Below are positions 27,558 through 37,006 of a DNA stretch of 64,000 nt, piece by piece. Each line of letters begins with the position of its first letter. Positions within the stretch are counted from its first letter, which is position 1. Source of the stretch: Coriobacteriaceae bacterium. GTDB lineage: Bacteria > Actinomycetota > Coriobacteriia > Anaerosomatales > SLCP01. Location of the stretch: contig PWVH01000129.1 of assembly GCA_003563465.1 (NCBI GenBank), positions 429 to 64,428 on the forward strand. Reading direction: 5' to 3'. The translations under genes were made by a program, and so were the position numbers. Under the pieces are notes generated by a model. The model searched no databases. It was given only the letters and a program-made list of their open reading frames with translations, and had not been told where the DNA came from.

Positions 27558-28727
27558 ATGATGGAAGCTCTTGATCGTGACACTGTTCTCTCGCTGGCCC
27601 AGCATGACGAGTGGCCCGCAATCTCCATCTATCTCCCCGCTCACCGGGCCGGCACCGAAAAACAGCAGGACCCGATTCGCCTCAAGAACCTCCTCAAACA
27701 AGCCGAGGAGGTTCTCGCCCAGCATGGCATCCGGACGCCCGAAGTCACCACACTTCTGGCACCGGCGTGGGGCGTTCAGAAGGATCCTGCTGTATGGCGG
27801 GAAGGATTCGAGGGTCTCGCGCTCTTCCTCGGAGAGCAGTCGTTTCGCGCAGTCCGTACCTCTCGGACGCTCCCGGAGCGTACTCGCGTTGGCGAGCGGT
27901 TCCTCATCCGTCCTCTGCTTACTGCGCTCGCTCCAGAAGTGCACTTCTACGTGCTGGCCCTGAGCAAGAACCGGATACGGCTGTTCGAGGGAAGTACCAA
28001 CGAGATACGAGAGATGGATCCCGCAGGCATCCCTCAGGGCCTGGCCGAGACCCTCAAATACGATGACTACGAGAAGCAGGTTCAGTTCCACTCGCGCACA
28101 CCGGCAGCCGCAGCAGGACGTGGACGCCGGGCTGCCGTCTTCCACGGGCACGGAGGGACCGCGGATACGGCGAAAGAGGATCTCTTGCGATACTTCCGCC
28201 AGGTAGACCGTGGTCTGAAGGAGCTCCTCGGCGACAGTAGTTCATCGCTGTTGCTCGCAGGAGTGGATTATCTGCTGCCTATCTACGGGGAGGCCAACAC
28301 CTATCCTCGGCTCGTCCCCGAGGGAATCAAGGGAAACGTCGACGAGCAGCCTGCAGGCGAGATCCACGCAGAGGCGCTAGACCTGCTCCAGCCGTATCTC
28401 CGACACGAACTCGAATCTGACCTTGCCGCACTGGCAGAAGCGCACAAAGGCCCTATGGCTTCCACGGAGATCGCCGACATCATCGCTGCTGCTCACGTAG
28501 GCCGCGTGCGCACTCTGTTCGTAAGCGACGACAACGGTGCATGGGGAAGATTCGAGCCCGCAACAGGCGAGGTTGAGATTCGTGACGAGCCTCAGCCCCA
28601 AGACCACGATCTTCTCGACTTGGCAGCTTCGCAGACCTTGCTGCACGGAGGCTCGGTCTACGTCATGACACCCGAGGAGGCCGTCACCGAGGTCGGAGCA
28701 TCGGCGGCAGCCATCTTCCGCTACTGA
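27558..28727 (+). CDS. Conserved hypothetical protein, probable bacterial archaeo-eukaryotic release-factor-like (baeRF) family
   Basis: Real start at ATG 27558 (GGAAGGAGG upstream). N-terminal PAISIYLPAHRAGTEKQQDPIRLKNLL motif. The C-terminal GRVRTLFVSDD...LLHGGSVYV...AAIFRY resembles eRF1/Pelota domain 3. Family assignment is from memory. Confidence 0.55.
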   Translation: MMEALDRDTVLSLAQHDEWPAISIYLPAHRAGTEKQQDPIRLKNLLKQAEEVLAQHGIRTPEVTTLLAPAWGVQKDPAVWREGFEGLALFLGEQSFRAVRTSRTLPERTRVGERFLIRPLLTALAPEVHFYVLALSKNRIRLFEGSTNEIREMDPAGIPQGLAETLKYDDYEKQVQFHSRTPAAAAGRGRRAAVFHGHGGTADTAKEDLLRYFRQVDRGLKELLGDSSSSLLLAGVDYLLPIYGEANTYPRLVPEGIKGNVDEQPAGEIHAEALDLLQPYLRHELESDLAALAEAHKGPMASTEIADIIAAAHVGRVRTLFVSDDNGAWGRFEPATGEVEIRDEPQPQDHDLLDLAASQTLLHGGSVYVMTPEEAVTEVGASAAAIFRY

Positions 28728-28824
28728 AACAGCGCCGCGGCCCAAAAGGACTCGAACGGCGCGATCACGATACCGACAAGAACGCAAGTAGCGTTCGCGC
28801 GATCGCTTAGGGCATGGAGGAGCT

Positions 28825-29232
28825 ATGGAGCCGGTCGAGCCCAACAATCGATGTAACGACTTAAGGCCCGTCGACATCCAGCAAGAACTCGCCGAAGAAC
28901 GCACGATTATGGCCCTTCAGCGCACCGTGTTGTCGAACGAGCGTACCCTCAACTCGTGGTTGCGCACCGGGCTGGCCACCGTGGCAGCCGGATTCACACT
29001 TGGTCTGCTGTTAGGAAGAGAGGGCGAGATCGGTCCCGCCCGCAGCTTCGGGGTGATTCTCATCGCGGCAGGCGGACTGATCTGTGTCGCTGGTCTTGCA
29101 CGATATCGTGCTCTGCGAAAACGTCTCGAACCGGAGGACATCTCCTCCGTTCCCGTCTGGCTACTCGAGTTGCTCGTGGGATTCTTCTTACTGGTATCGC
29201 TGGTAGGGATAGGCATCCTTCTGCGGGCATGA
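28825..29232 (+). CDS. DUF202 (YidH-family) membrane protein
   Basis: LAEERTIMALQRTVLSNERTLNSWLRT motif plus three TM helices. Confidence 0.75.
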   Translation: MEPVEPNNRCNDLRPVDIQQELAEERTIMALQRTVLSNERTLNSWLRTGLATVAAGFTLGLLLGREGEIGPARSFGVILIAAGGLICVAGLARYRALRKRLEPEDISSVPVWLLELLVGFFLLVSLVGIGILLRA

Positions 29233-29367
29233 ACGGCTTTGGCGATGACCTATCGAGTAACCCGCACTGCAGCGAGATGCCAAAACCTTGAAGCGCCAGT
29301 TGCGACGAGCCTTCGGTAGGGAAGAAACCCTGGAGCAGACCCGACGTCGCTGGAAGGCGGGAATCAC

Positions 29368-29772
29368 ATGGCCAAACTCTTGCAGCTCTATCTTCTGACA
29401 GTAGTGGTGTTCTTCGTGATCGACATCGTGTGGCTCGGGGCGGTCGCAAACCGTTTTTATCAGGACCAGCTAGGTCCGATGCTGAAGTCACCTCCGAACT
29501 GGCCCGTCGCAGCAGGATTCTACCTGTTCTACATAGTCGGAATCATCGTCTTTGCCGTGCTGCCGGGTATCGACAGGGGGTCTCTGCTCGAAACGGTCTG
29601 GCGCGGAGCCCTGTTCGGCGCACTGGCTTATGCTACATACGACCTGACCAACCTCTCCACTCTGAAGGGATGGCCGTGGCAGGTCGCGGTCGTTGACATA
29701 CTCTGGGGAACCGTCCTGACGGGAACTGTGGCCGCGGCAAGTCACCAGATAGCGCGCTGGCTCAACGTTTGA
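29368..29772 (+). CDS. DUF2177-family small membrane protein
   Basis: 134 aa, four TM helices, N-terminal LLTVVVFFVIDIVWLG...FY pattern remembered for DUF2177. Confidence 0.65.
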   Translation: MAKLLQLYLLTVVVFFVIDIVWLGAVANRFYQDQLGPMLKSPPNWPVAAGFYLFYIVGIIVFAVLPGIDRGSLLETVWRGALFGALAYATYDLTNLSTLKGWPWQVAVVDILWGTVLTGTVAAASHQIARWLNV

Positions 29773-30055
29773 GACCGTGTCTCTTCCTGCATGCGTGAAG
29801 CCCCTCCGTGATCCGGCCTTCTATGGGACTCGGCCGGGACGGAGCCTAGTCGAGCCAGGCCCACTCAGCCATCACCGGGCAAGCTGCATCTCCACGCGTA
29901 CGCGAAGCTCCGACTGTTGGGTTTTTCTGCAGAAACATCCTTGAGCAGCTCGCCGAAGATGCCGATTAGAGAGTCTAGGGGCGTATTCGAAAAGAGGACT
30001 TGCTTCGGTGCAAGGATAAAGGCCTCCCGCACCGGAGGGGGTGGCAGGGACCGAA

Positions 30056-32527
30056 ATGGCGATCGACGAGCGATTGATCGAACTGGTCAGGCGTGCCCAT
30101 GAGAGCGCGTCACATCCGGTCGTGTGCTTCCTGCCGGACTGTACCGTCGCCTACTACAACCCACCTGCACAAGAGCTCGTTCGGGATCACTCCGGATCTA
30201 CGAAGTGCGTCCACTATGCCGATGATCCCGAAGGGGACATTGCTCCTTGCGAAACCTGCCCGCTCGAGTCGATCTTCCGTGACGGAGTTCCGCGCAACCA
30301 AGTGCTCCGAACGGTCGACTCGGCCGGACAGACCCGCTGGATAGATCAGGAATGGCATGCTATCCGCGACCATGATGGTGCCATTGCATGTGTCGTCAGG
30401 GAGTCGCTCGAGCTGGTTCCCGATGTGAAGGCCGCCAAAGGCTCATCTTGGGCAGATGACTCCGGGCTCGAAGGCCTCGACAGGAACCGGACTCAGCGGC
30501 TGCTCGACGTCGCAGCAGCGGCCGTCTTGGTGCTCGACTTCAACGGCCGGGTCACGTTGGTCAACCACAAGGCGCTCGAACTCCTCGGACTTCCCGAAGA
30601 GAAGGTCGTCGGCCGATCTTGGATTCGGGACTTCGTGCCGGAAAGCTACCGCGAACAGTGCAGGAGCCGTTTCGAGTACGCGCTCGATGAAAGCGGCCCC
30701 GTGTTCCCGCCGTGCGAGCACCCCATCGCAAGACCCGATGGGACGGCACTTGTGATCGAGTGGCACAACACTTTGTTCACCGACGAGAACGGGAACACGA
30801 CGGGCATCTTGGCGTCCGGAATCGATGTGACCAGGCGCAAGGATGTCGAAGCTGAGTTGCGCTTCCGCTCCACCGTGCTCGACAAAGCCAACGACGCGGT
30901 GGTCGTGCACGAGCTCGATGGAACACCTGTTTATGCGAACGAGCGCGTATGCACGATGTGCGGATTCACGCGTGAGGAGTTCCTCGGCATGCCCCCGTTC
31001 GGTTGGCTCGACCCGGAGCACCGAGAAGTGCATCAGCCTGTGCGAGAAGCGCTCTCGCACACGGGTGCCGCCATCTTCGAGACGCTCTTCCTCGCGAGTG
31101 ACGGCACTCGCCTGCCTGTAGAGGTTCACGCTAAGGTCACGACCGTCGGTGAACGAGAGGTCGTGGTAGCGGCGGCCAGAGACATCACCGAACGCAAACG
31201 TGCCGGGCAGACAATGACCCGTCTGGCTTTCTACGACCCGCTCACCGGACTTGCGAACCGCGCCCTGTTCTTGGACCGCCTGCGTCACACGGCCTCAGCG
31301 AGCCGTCGTTCGGGTGAGCGCATTGCACTGGCGTTCTTGGATATCGACCACTTCAAGTCCATCAACGACAGTCTCGGTCACTCGGCCGGAGATGCGGTGC
31401 TGATCGAACTCGCAAGCCGAATCAAGGCGCGCATGCGCGACGCCGACACGGTCGCGCGCCTCGGCGGCGATGAGTTCACCGTGTTGATGTCGGGAATCCG
31501 TTCGGCCGAAGACGCTGAGCGAGTAGCCCACAAGCTACTTCAGTGCTTCCGTGATCCGGTGATTGCATGCGGGCAGGAAGTGTACGTGACCGCCAGTATA
31601 GGCGTCGCGATCGGCTCCCCTGACGCAAAGGAGGATGTCGGCACGCTTCTGGGCAGGGCGGACACAGCTATGTATCGCGCCAAGCACGATGGCCGCGACA
31701 CCTTCTGCCTGCACGACTCGATTTGCGAAGACGACTCGCGCGAGTTGTTCACTCTCAAGAACGACCTGCACGGTGCGCTGGCCCGAGAAGAGATCGAGCT
31801 TGCCTTCCAGCCCATCGTAGGAGTCAGCGATGGCGCACTGACCGCGGTAGAGGCGCTCGTGCGGTGGAACCACCCGGTCTCAGGCTACGTACCGCCTTCC
31901 ACCTTTCTGCCTCTGGCCGAGGAGTCGGAGCTCATCGTCACTCTCGGTGACTGGATCGTCCGCAAAGCCTGCGAGCAGTTCCGGGTCTGGCGCAGGAACG
32001 GCTTGGCGGCCGACGTCAGATTGACAGTCAACCTCTCGGCCAGGCAATTCGCCGATCCCGAGCTTCCGAAGAAGATTGGTACGCTCATCTACGAGAACGG
32101 CATTCCCCCTTCGATACTCGAACTCGAGATCACCGAGGGAACCTTCATGCGTGGCGAGGGACTCCACACCACCTGGAACGATCTGCGCGACCTCGGAGTT
32201 CGCATCGCCATAGACGACTTCGGAAGTGGCTACTCCTCCCTCGAGCAGCTCTTGCGCTTCGAAGTCGACTCGCTCAAGATCGACCGTGCGTTCATCAGGG
32301 GCCTGGGCCGCAGTCCACGGTCGACTGCAGTGTGTCGCGCCGTAATCTCGATCGGACGCCAGCTCGGCTTGACCATAGTGGCCGAGGGAGTGGAGACCCG
32401 CATACAGCACGCGTGCCTGCGAGCCGAGAAGTGCGATGAGATGCAAGGCTTTTTGGTCAGCAGAGCCGTGACAGCCGAGTCGCTCGCGGCACTTCTGACC
32501 GAAACACAACTGCTGCCTCAGCGATAG
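30056..32527 (+). CDS. Multi-PAS GGDEF-EAL protein (c-di-GMP cyclase/phosphodiesterase)
   Basis: Three PAS-like segments, LGGDEF with an adjacent RDAD, and an EAL domain (ELAFQPIV, EITE, DDFGSGYSSL). Start is probably ATG 30056 rather than GTG 30041. Confidence 0.9.
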   Translation: MAIDERLIELVRRAHESASHPVVCFLPDCTVAYYNPPAQELVRDHSGSTKCVHYADDPEGDIAPCETCPLESIFRDGVPRNQVLRTVDSAGQTRWIDQEWHAIRDHDGAIACVVRESLELVPDVKAAKGSSWADDSGLEGLDRNRTQRLLDVAAAAVLVLDFNGRVTLVNHKALELLGLPEEKVVGRSWIRDFVPESYREQCRSRFEYALDESGPVFPPCEHPIARPDGTALVIEWHNTLFTDENGNTTGILASGIDVTRRKDVEAELRFRSTVLDKANDAVVVHELDGTPVYANERVCTMCGFTREEFLGMPPFGWLDPEHREVHQPVREALSHTGAAIFETLFLASDGTRLPVEVHAKVTTVGEREVVVAAARDITERKRAGQTMTRLAFYDPLTGLANRALFLDRLRHTASASRRSGERIALAFLDIDHFKSINDSLGHSAGDAVLIELASRIKARMRDADTVARLGGDEFTVLMSGIRSAEDAERVAHKLLQCFRDPVIACGQEVYVTASIGVAIGSPDAKEDVGTLLGRADTAMYRAKHDGRDTFCLHDSICEDDSRELFTLKNDLHGALAREEIELAFQPIVGVSDGALTAVEALVRWNHPVSGYVPPSTFLPLAEESELIVTLGDWIVRKACEQFRVWRRNGLAADVRLTVNLSARQFADPELPKKIGTLIYENGIPPSILELEITEGTFMRGEGLHTTWNDLRDLGVRIAIDDFGSGYSSLEQLLRFEVDSLKIDRAFIRGLGRSPRSTAVCRAVISIGRQLGLTIVAEGVETRIQHACLRAEKCDEMQGFLVSRAVTAESLAALLTETQLLPQR

Positions 32528-32584
32528 CTACCCCTATAGCAGCGCGGCTGGCGCGGGAGTCTCGGCATTCGAACGGCGTGTCTA

Positions 32585-33688
32585 TCACGACAACGCGCTT
32601 TCCTTGGTCTCTGGATCGAATATGTGCATGCGCTCCATATCGATGACGACCTCCACCCGATCTCCTGCACGCATGGCCGTTCGCGGGTCCACCCGCGCGA
32701 GCAGTTTGGTATCTCCCGCCATGAGATGGAGAAACACTTCATTACCCATCGGCTCGGTGACATCCACCTTAACCGCCGTCGGGGCGGCTGTGATGCCTGC
32801 AGGAACGTAGTCCTTGTCGTGGATGTTCTCGGGACGAACACCGAAAACCATCCGGCGTCCCAGGAATCCACGGACATCGTCGGCACGATCGTCAGGCACA
32901 TCCACCACGAAACCTTCACCCTCAAGGCGCACTCCTTCACCGTTCTCGACCACTTCGGCCTCGAAGAAGTTCATCGACGGCGAGCCGATGAACCCTGCGA
33001 CGAATACGTTCACCGGCTCGTCGTAGAGCTTCTGAGGGCTCCCGACCTGCTGTATTATCCCCTCATTCATCACTGCGATACGGTCGGCCATCGTCATGGC
33101 TTCGACCTGATCGTGCGTTACGTACACGAACGTCGTGCCGAGGCGCTGGTGGAGCTTACTAATCTCCGCACGCGTGTGGACACGCAGCTTCGCATCGAGG
33201 TTGGAAAGCGGTTCATCGAGCAGGAAGACCTTGGGTTCTCGTACTATCGCGCGCGCCACAGCGACACGCTGGCGTTGCCCGCCTGAGAGCTGCCCCGGCT
33301 TGCGGTCGAGCAAGGTGTCCACACCGAGTATGCTGGCTGCCTCCTTGACCTTCGGGTCCATCTCGTCCTTGGGCATCCTGCGCAAACGCAAGCCGAAGGC
33401 GATGTTGTCGTAGACCGTCATATGCGGATAAAGGGCGTAGGATTGGAACACCATCGCTATGTCGCGATCCTTTGCGGGAACACCGTTGACCCGCCGCTCT
33501 TCGATGAAGATCGAGCCCTCAGTGATGTCCTCGAGTCCGGCAAGCATGCGAAGCGCGGTAGACTTGCCGCAGCCGGACGGCCCGACTAGCACCAGGAACT
33601 CCTTGTCGGCGATCTCTAGGTTGAAGTCGCGCAAGGCCGTGAACTCGCCGAATCGCTTGGTCACGTGATCAAAAAGCACTCGAGCCAT
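32585..33688 (-). CDS. Sugar ABC transporter ATP-binding protein (MalK/UgpC/MsmK type)
   Basis: GPSGCGKST Walker A, LSGGQRQR signature, FLLDEP Walker B, and a C-terminal TOBE-like regulatory domain. Confidence 0.92.
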   Translation of the reverse strand: MARVLFDHVTKRFGEFTALRDFNLEIADKEFLVLVGPSGCGKSTALRMLAGLEDITEGSIFIEERRVNGVPAKDRDIAMVFQSYALYPHMTVYDNIAFGLRLRRMPKDEMDPKVKEAASILGVDTLLDRKPGQLSGGQRQRVAVARAIVREPKVFLLDEPLSNLDAKLRVHTRAEISKLHQRLGTTFVYVTHDQVEAMTMADRIAVMNEGIIQQVGSPQKLYDEPVNVFVAGFIGSPSMNFFEAEVVENGEGVRLEGEGFVVDVPDDRADDVRGFLGRRMVFGVRPENIHDKDYVPAGITAAPTAVKVDVTEPMGNEVFLHLMAGDTKLLARVDPRTAMRAGDRVEVVIDMERMHIFDPETKESALS

Positions 33689-33692
33689 CTCT

Positions 33693-34571
33693 CTACCCTT
33701 TCACCGCACCGGCCAAGATGCCCTGGACGAAGTAACGCTGCAGGGCGAAGAAGACTACTAGCGGCAGCATCATCGATATGAATGCGGCAGAGGTCAGCAG
33801 ATGCCATTCACTGCCGAAGGAGCTGACAAGGTTGGAGATAGTCACAGTCATCGGCGCTACGTTGCGAAAACCGCCCAAGTAGACCAGCGCCACCAAGAGG
33901 TCGTTCCAGAGCCATAGGAACTGGAAGATGAAAAGCGCCGCCAAAGATGGTACCGAGAGCGGCATCACGATGCGGAAGAACACCCGCATATGCCCGGCAC
34001 CCTCGAGGAAGGCCGACTCCAGAAGATCTTTCGGCAACGCGATGAAGAAGTTGCGCAGCAGAAACACTGCGAACGGCAATCCATACGCGGTGTGTGCGAG
34101 CCAGACCGCCGGGAACGTACCCGTCAGTCCTGCGGATGCGAACATGCGAAGCACCGGGATGAGCGTGAGCTGGATCGGGACCACTAGAAGCCCGACGACC
34201 ACCAGGAATATGATCTCTCCGCCGGGAAGATCCATCCATGCGAAGGCATAAGCCGCGAACGCCGCCACTGCAACGGTGAGCAACGTGGCGGGAAGGGCAA
34301 TGATCAGACTGTTCATGAAGCTCTGCGCCATGCCTTGAGCCGTCAGCACCTGTTGATAGTTGGCCAGCGTGAACTCTGACGCCGTGGAGAACGCGGTCCA
34401 CCAGCCAGTCGTCGCAATCGCATCCTTGGGGCGAAACGAGCTTACGAAAAGGCCCGTGGATGGAACCATCCACATAAGGCAGATTGCAATGATCGCCACG
34501 TGCAGTGGTCCTCGCGAGACGGCACGCAGAAGCCGTTCCCGCTTGCTCAATGCTATGACTTGCTTGGCCAT
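33693..34571 (-). CDS. Carbohydrate ABC transporter permease (MalG-like)
   Basis: Six TM helices and an EAA-type loop (LESAFLEGAGHMRVFFRIVMP). Confidence 0.9.
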   Translation of the reverse strand: MAKQVIALSKRERLLRAVSRGPLHVAIIAICLMWMVPSTGLFVSSFRPKDAIATTGWWTAFSTASEFTLANYQQVLTAQGMAQSFMNSLIIALPATLLTVAVAAFAAYAFAWMDLPGGEIIFLVVVGLLVVPIQLTLIPVLRMFASAGLTGTFPAVWLAHTAYGLPFAVFLLRNFFIALPKDLLESAFLEGAGHMRVFFRIVMPLSVPSLAALFIFQFLWLWNDLLVALVYLGGFRNVAPMTVTISNLVSSFGSEWHLLTSAAFISMMLPLVVFFALQRYFVQGILAGAVKG

Positions 34572-34574
34572 CGC

Positions 34575-35435
34575 TCACTCCCTCCTGAAGCGCCGGACGT
34601 TGGAGAGCATCATCGGCACGATGGCGAGCAGAAGCACGACAGCCACCGCGCTGGCTCTGCCGAAGTTGCCGAAGGTGAACATCTCCTTGAACATGCGATT
34701 CGCCAGAACATCCGTCGCGAAGTTGCCAAATGTCATCACGTAGACGAGGTCGAAGACCTTGAGCGAGTTGATGATGAGAGTCACAGCGACCACTACTAGA
34801 ACCGACCGCAGCATCGGGAGGATCACGTGCCAGAATATCTGGATCTCGTTGGCCCCGTCGACGCGAGCGGCCTCCAATACCTCGGCAGATATTCCTTTCA
34901 GACCAGCCGAGATGACCACCAATGCGAAGCCTGTCCACATCCAGATGCCTGCTGCGATGAGAGCGTAGTTGTTGACACTCGGGTTCGTAATCCAGGGAAT
35001 GGGGTCGAAACCCAGCGCCGTGAAGGCGGCGTTGACGACTCCGGTCTGCTCGAACTGGGGCGGTCTGAAGATATACATGAAGCGCCAGATGACCGCCGCA
35101 GCAGTGAACGAGACAGCCATAGGAATGAAGATGATGGCCTTCGCGAGAGCCTCGTAGCGCACTTGATTCGAAAGAACCGCCAAGAGCAGCCCGAGTGCGA
35201 CGGTGGTGGCAGTGAAGAGCACCAACCAAAGGAGGTTATTGCGGAAGACGGTTATCGTCTCGGGGTGGGTGACGAGATAGACGTAGTTGTCCAATCCCAC
35301 AAACGTCGACATGTCACGTCCGCTGAAGAAGCTCAGATAGACCGTGTTCACGACCGGATAGACCAAGAAGACGCCGAGCAACACGAAGGCCGGCAGCACC
35401 CACAGCCAAGCGGCTGTGACCAGTCTGGTCCTCAT
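34575..35435 (-). CDS. Carbohydrate ABC transporter permease (MalF-like)
   Basis: Six TM helices and an EAA loop (LEAARVDGANEIQIFWHVILP). Confidence 0.9.
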   Translation of the reverse strand: MRTRLVTAAWLWVLPAFVLLGVFLVYPVVNTVYLSFFSGRDMSTFVGLDNYVYLVTHPETITVFRNNLLWLVLFTATTVALGLLLAVLSNQVRYEALAKAIIFIPMAVSFTAAAVIWRFMYIFRPPQFEQTGVVNAAFTALGFDPIPWITNPSVNNYALIAAGIWMWTGFALVVISAGLKGISAEVLEAARVDGANEIQIFWHVILPMLRSVLVVVAVTLIINSLKVFDLVYVMTFGNFATDVLANRMFKEMFTFGNFGRASAVAVVLLLAIVPMMLSNVRRFRRE

Positions 35436-35544
35436 CCGCCCCTCCTACACCGCTGACCCGGCGGACGGGGCGACCCTCAGATGCGGGCCGCCCCGGTTTC
35501 GCCGGGTCTCAGATAAGACCGGATCCTTGCGAAACGAACCTACC

Positions 35545-36858
35545 TCATTGCGCATATGCCTCAACAGCCACAGCCTCGATCTCTTCGAGGATGGCGTCGA
35601 GACGATCGGAATCCTGCAGGTAGTTCACAACACCCGTCCAGAACGCGTTCTGCACTTCAGAGGGCATCATGTCGCCGGCACCGAAACGGAAGATCTCCGA
35701 CTCGGTGAGCTGTTCCGCAGCCTTCGCTGACAGCGGATCGGGATAGACCGACAGGTCGAGTGAACGGTTGGGTGACGAGTAGCCTCCGGCCTCAGCCCAA
35801 GGTATCCAAGCGTCAGCAGTGGCCAGATAATTCACGAGCGAGCGGGCAGAGGGAGTGTCGTTGAACATGACCACGACGTCCGCGCCACCTGTAACCGCGC
35901 CCTCATAGGCCGGATCGATGTACGGGAACTTGAAGAAGTCGTAGTCCTCCTCTGGCACGAGGTCTGGGAACTGTGCTTCGATGAAACCCTGAGTGAATGC
36001 GCCGAGGAAGTACATATGCGCCTGAGGCGGATCCTCGAACGGCAGATAGGACGCATCTTCGAAGTTGATCGACAGAATCGCGTCCGCGCCTCCGGGCACG
36101 TAGCCTTCAGTCAGCGCTGCTTGACCGAACTTCTCGAAAGCGGACTTGATTGCGGGATCGGTCCACGGAATCTCATGGTCGACCCACTGGTCGTAGACAT
36201 CGGGCCCCGACTCGGCCAAAAGGATCTCCGCGATCCAGTCGGTCGCTGGCCAACCAGTGGCCCCGCCGCTCTCGATACCTATAGACCATGGCGCCACTCC
36301 ATCAGTCAGCATCTGGTCGGAAAGCGCCATCAGCTCGTCCCAAGTCTCGGGGATCTCGTAACCTGCCTCGTCGAAGTTCTTGGGGCTGTGCCATACCGTG
36401 CTCTTAGTGGCGGCCTTGATGAACAGGCCGTACAGGTCGCCATCTACGGTGCCGAGATCGATCCAGGCATCGCCGTAGTCGTTCTCTATCTGGGACATGT
36501 CGAGAACATCGTCCAAAGCGAGAAGGTCGTCCGTCTGTGCGAAATCTGCAAGCAGAGCCGGGTTGGGCAGGATCGCCAGATCCGGCGGGTTCCCTCCTGC
36601 GACTCTCGCTCTCAGGATCGCGGAGAGGTCCCGAGTGCCTTCGAACTCCATGGTGCCGCCGGTATCGGTCTCCCAACCTGCGACCACGTCTTCGAAGGCT
36701 TCGATCTCGCCGCCTCCCCAGACGCCCATGACTGTAACCGTGCCGATGGGGTCCTCGTCATCGACGACGGGCTCCGGCTCTTCCGCTGCACACGAAGCAA
36801 GCACGACTATCATCGCCAGCGAAAGGGCGAGGAGCGAGGTCTTTTTGAACCAGGCCAT
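35545..36858 (-). CDS. Extracellular sugar-binding lipoprotein of the ABC transporter
   Basis: Start at MAWFKKTSLLALSLAMIVVLASC (lipobox LASC, GGGGGA RBS). Family-1 solute-binding protein features. Confidence 0.88.
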   Translation of the reverse strand: MAWFKKTSLLALSLAMIVVLASCAAEEPEPVVDDEDPIGTVTVMGVWGGGEIEAFEDVVAGWETDTGGTMEFEGTRDLSAILRARVAGGNPPDLAILPNPALLADFAQTDDLLALDDVLDMSQIENDYGDAWIDLGTVDGDLYGLFIKAATKSTVWHSPKNFDEAGYEIPETWDELMALSDQMLTDGVAPWSIGIESGGATGWPATDWIAEILLAESGPDVYDQWVDHEIPWTDPAIKSAFEKFGQAALTEGYVPGGADAILSINFEDASYLPFEDPPQAHMYFLGAFTQGFIEAQFPDLVPEEDYDFFKFPYIDPAYEGAVTGGADVVVMFNDTPSARSLVNYLATADAWIPWAEAGGYSSPNRSLDLSVYPDPLSAKAAEQLTESEIFRFGAGDMMPSEVQNAFWTGVVNYLQDSDRLDAILEEIEAVAVEAYAQ

Positions 36859-37006
36859 ATAGCATCCCCCTTTCATATCGGGATACAAACCACCAACCAT
36901 GCCTGTCTTTTAATGTACCCGGCCGCCCGTCCATCGTACCGTGAAGATAGGAAAAGAGCACGTCACAGTGTCAAGCCTTGTCGATGACTCGTGCTGGAGC
37001 ACAACC

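Noticed and set aside
27264-28151. N-terminal 296 codons of the 904-aa minus ORF (an apparent very long DnaX).
   Set aside because: The DnaX homology begins at MSHQSLYRKYRPQ (27263) with its own RBS. The extension runs across a clear SRP RNA gene and antisense to a well-supported plus-strand gene, and its sequence is low-complexity.
33808-35229. 473-aa minus-strand ORF spanning both sugar permease genes in another frame.
   Set aside because: Arg/His/Gly-rich composition with no motifs. The two overlapping frames encode textbook ABC permeases with EAA loops. This is a typical shadow ORF of GC-rich DNA.
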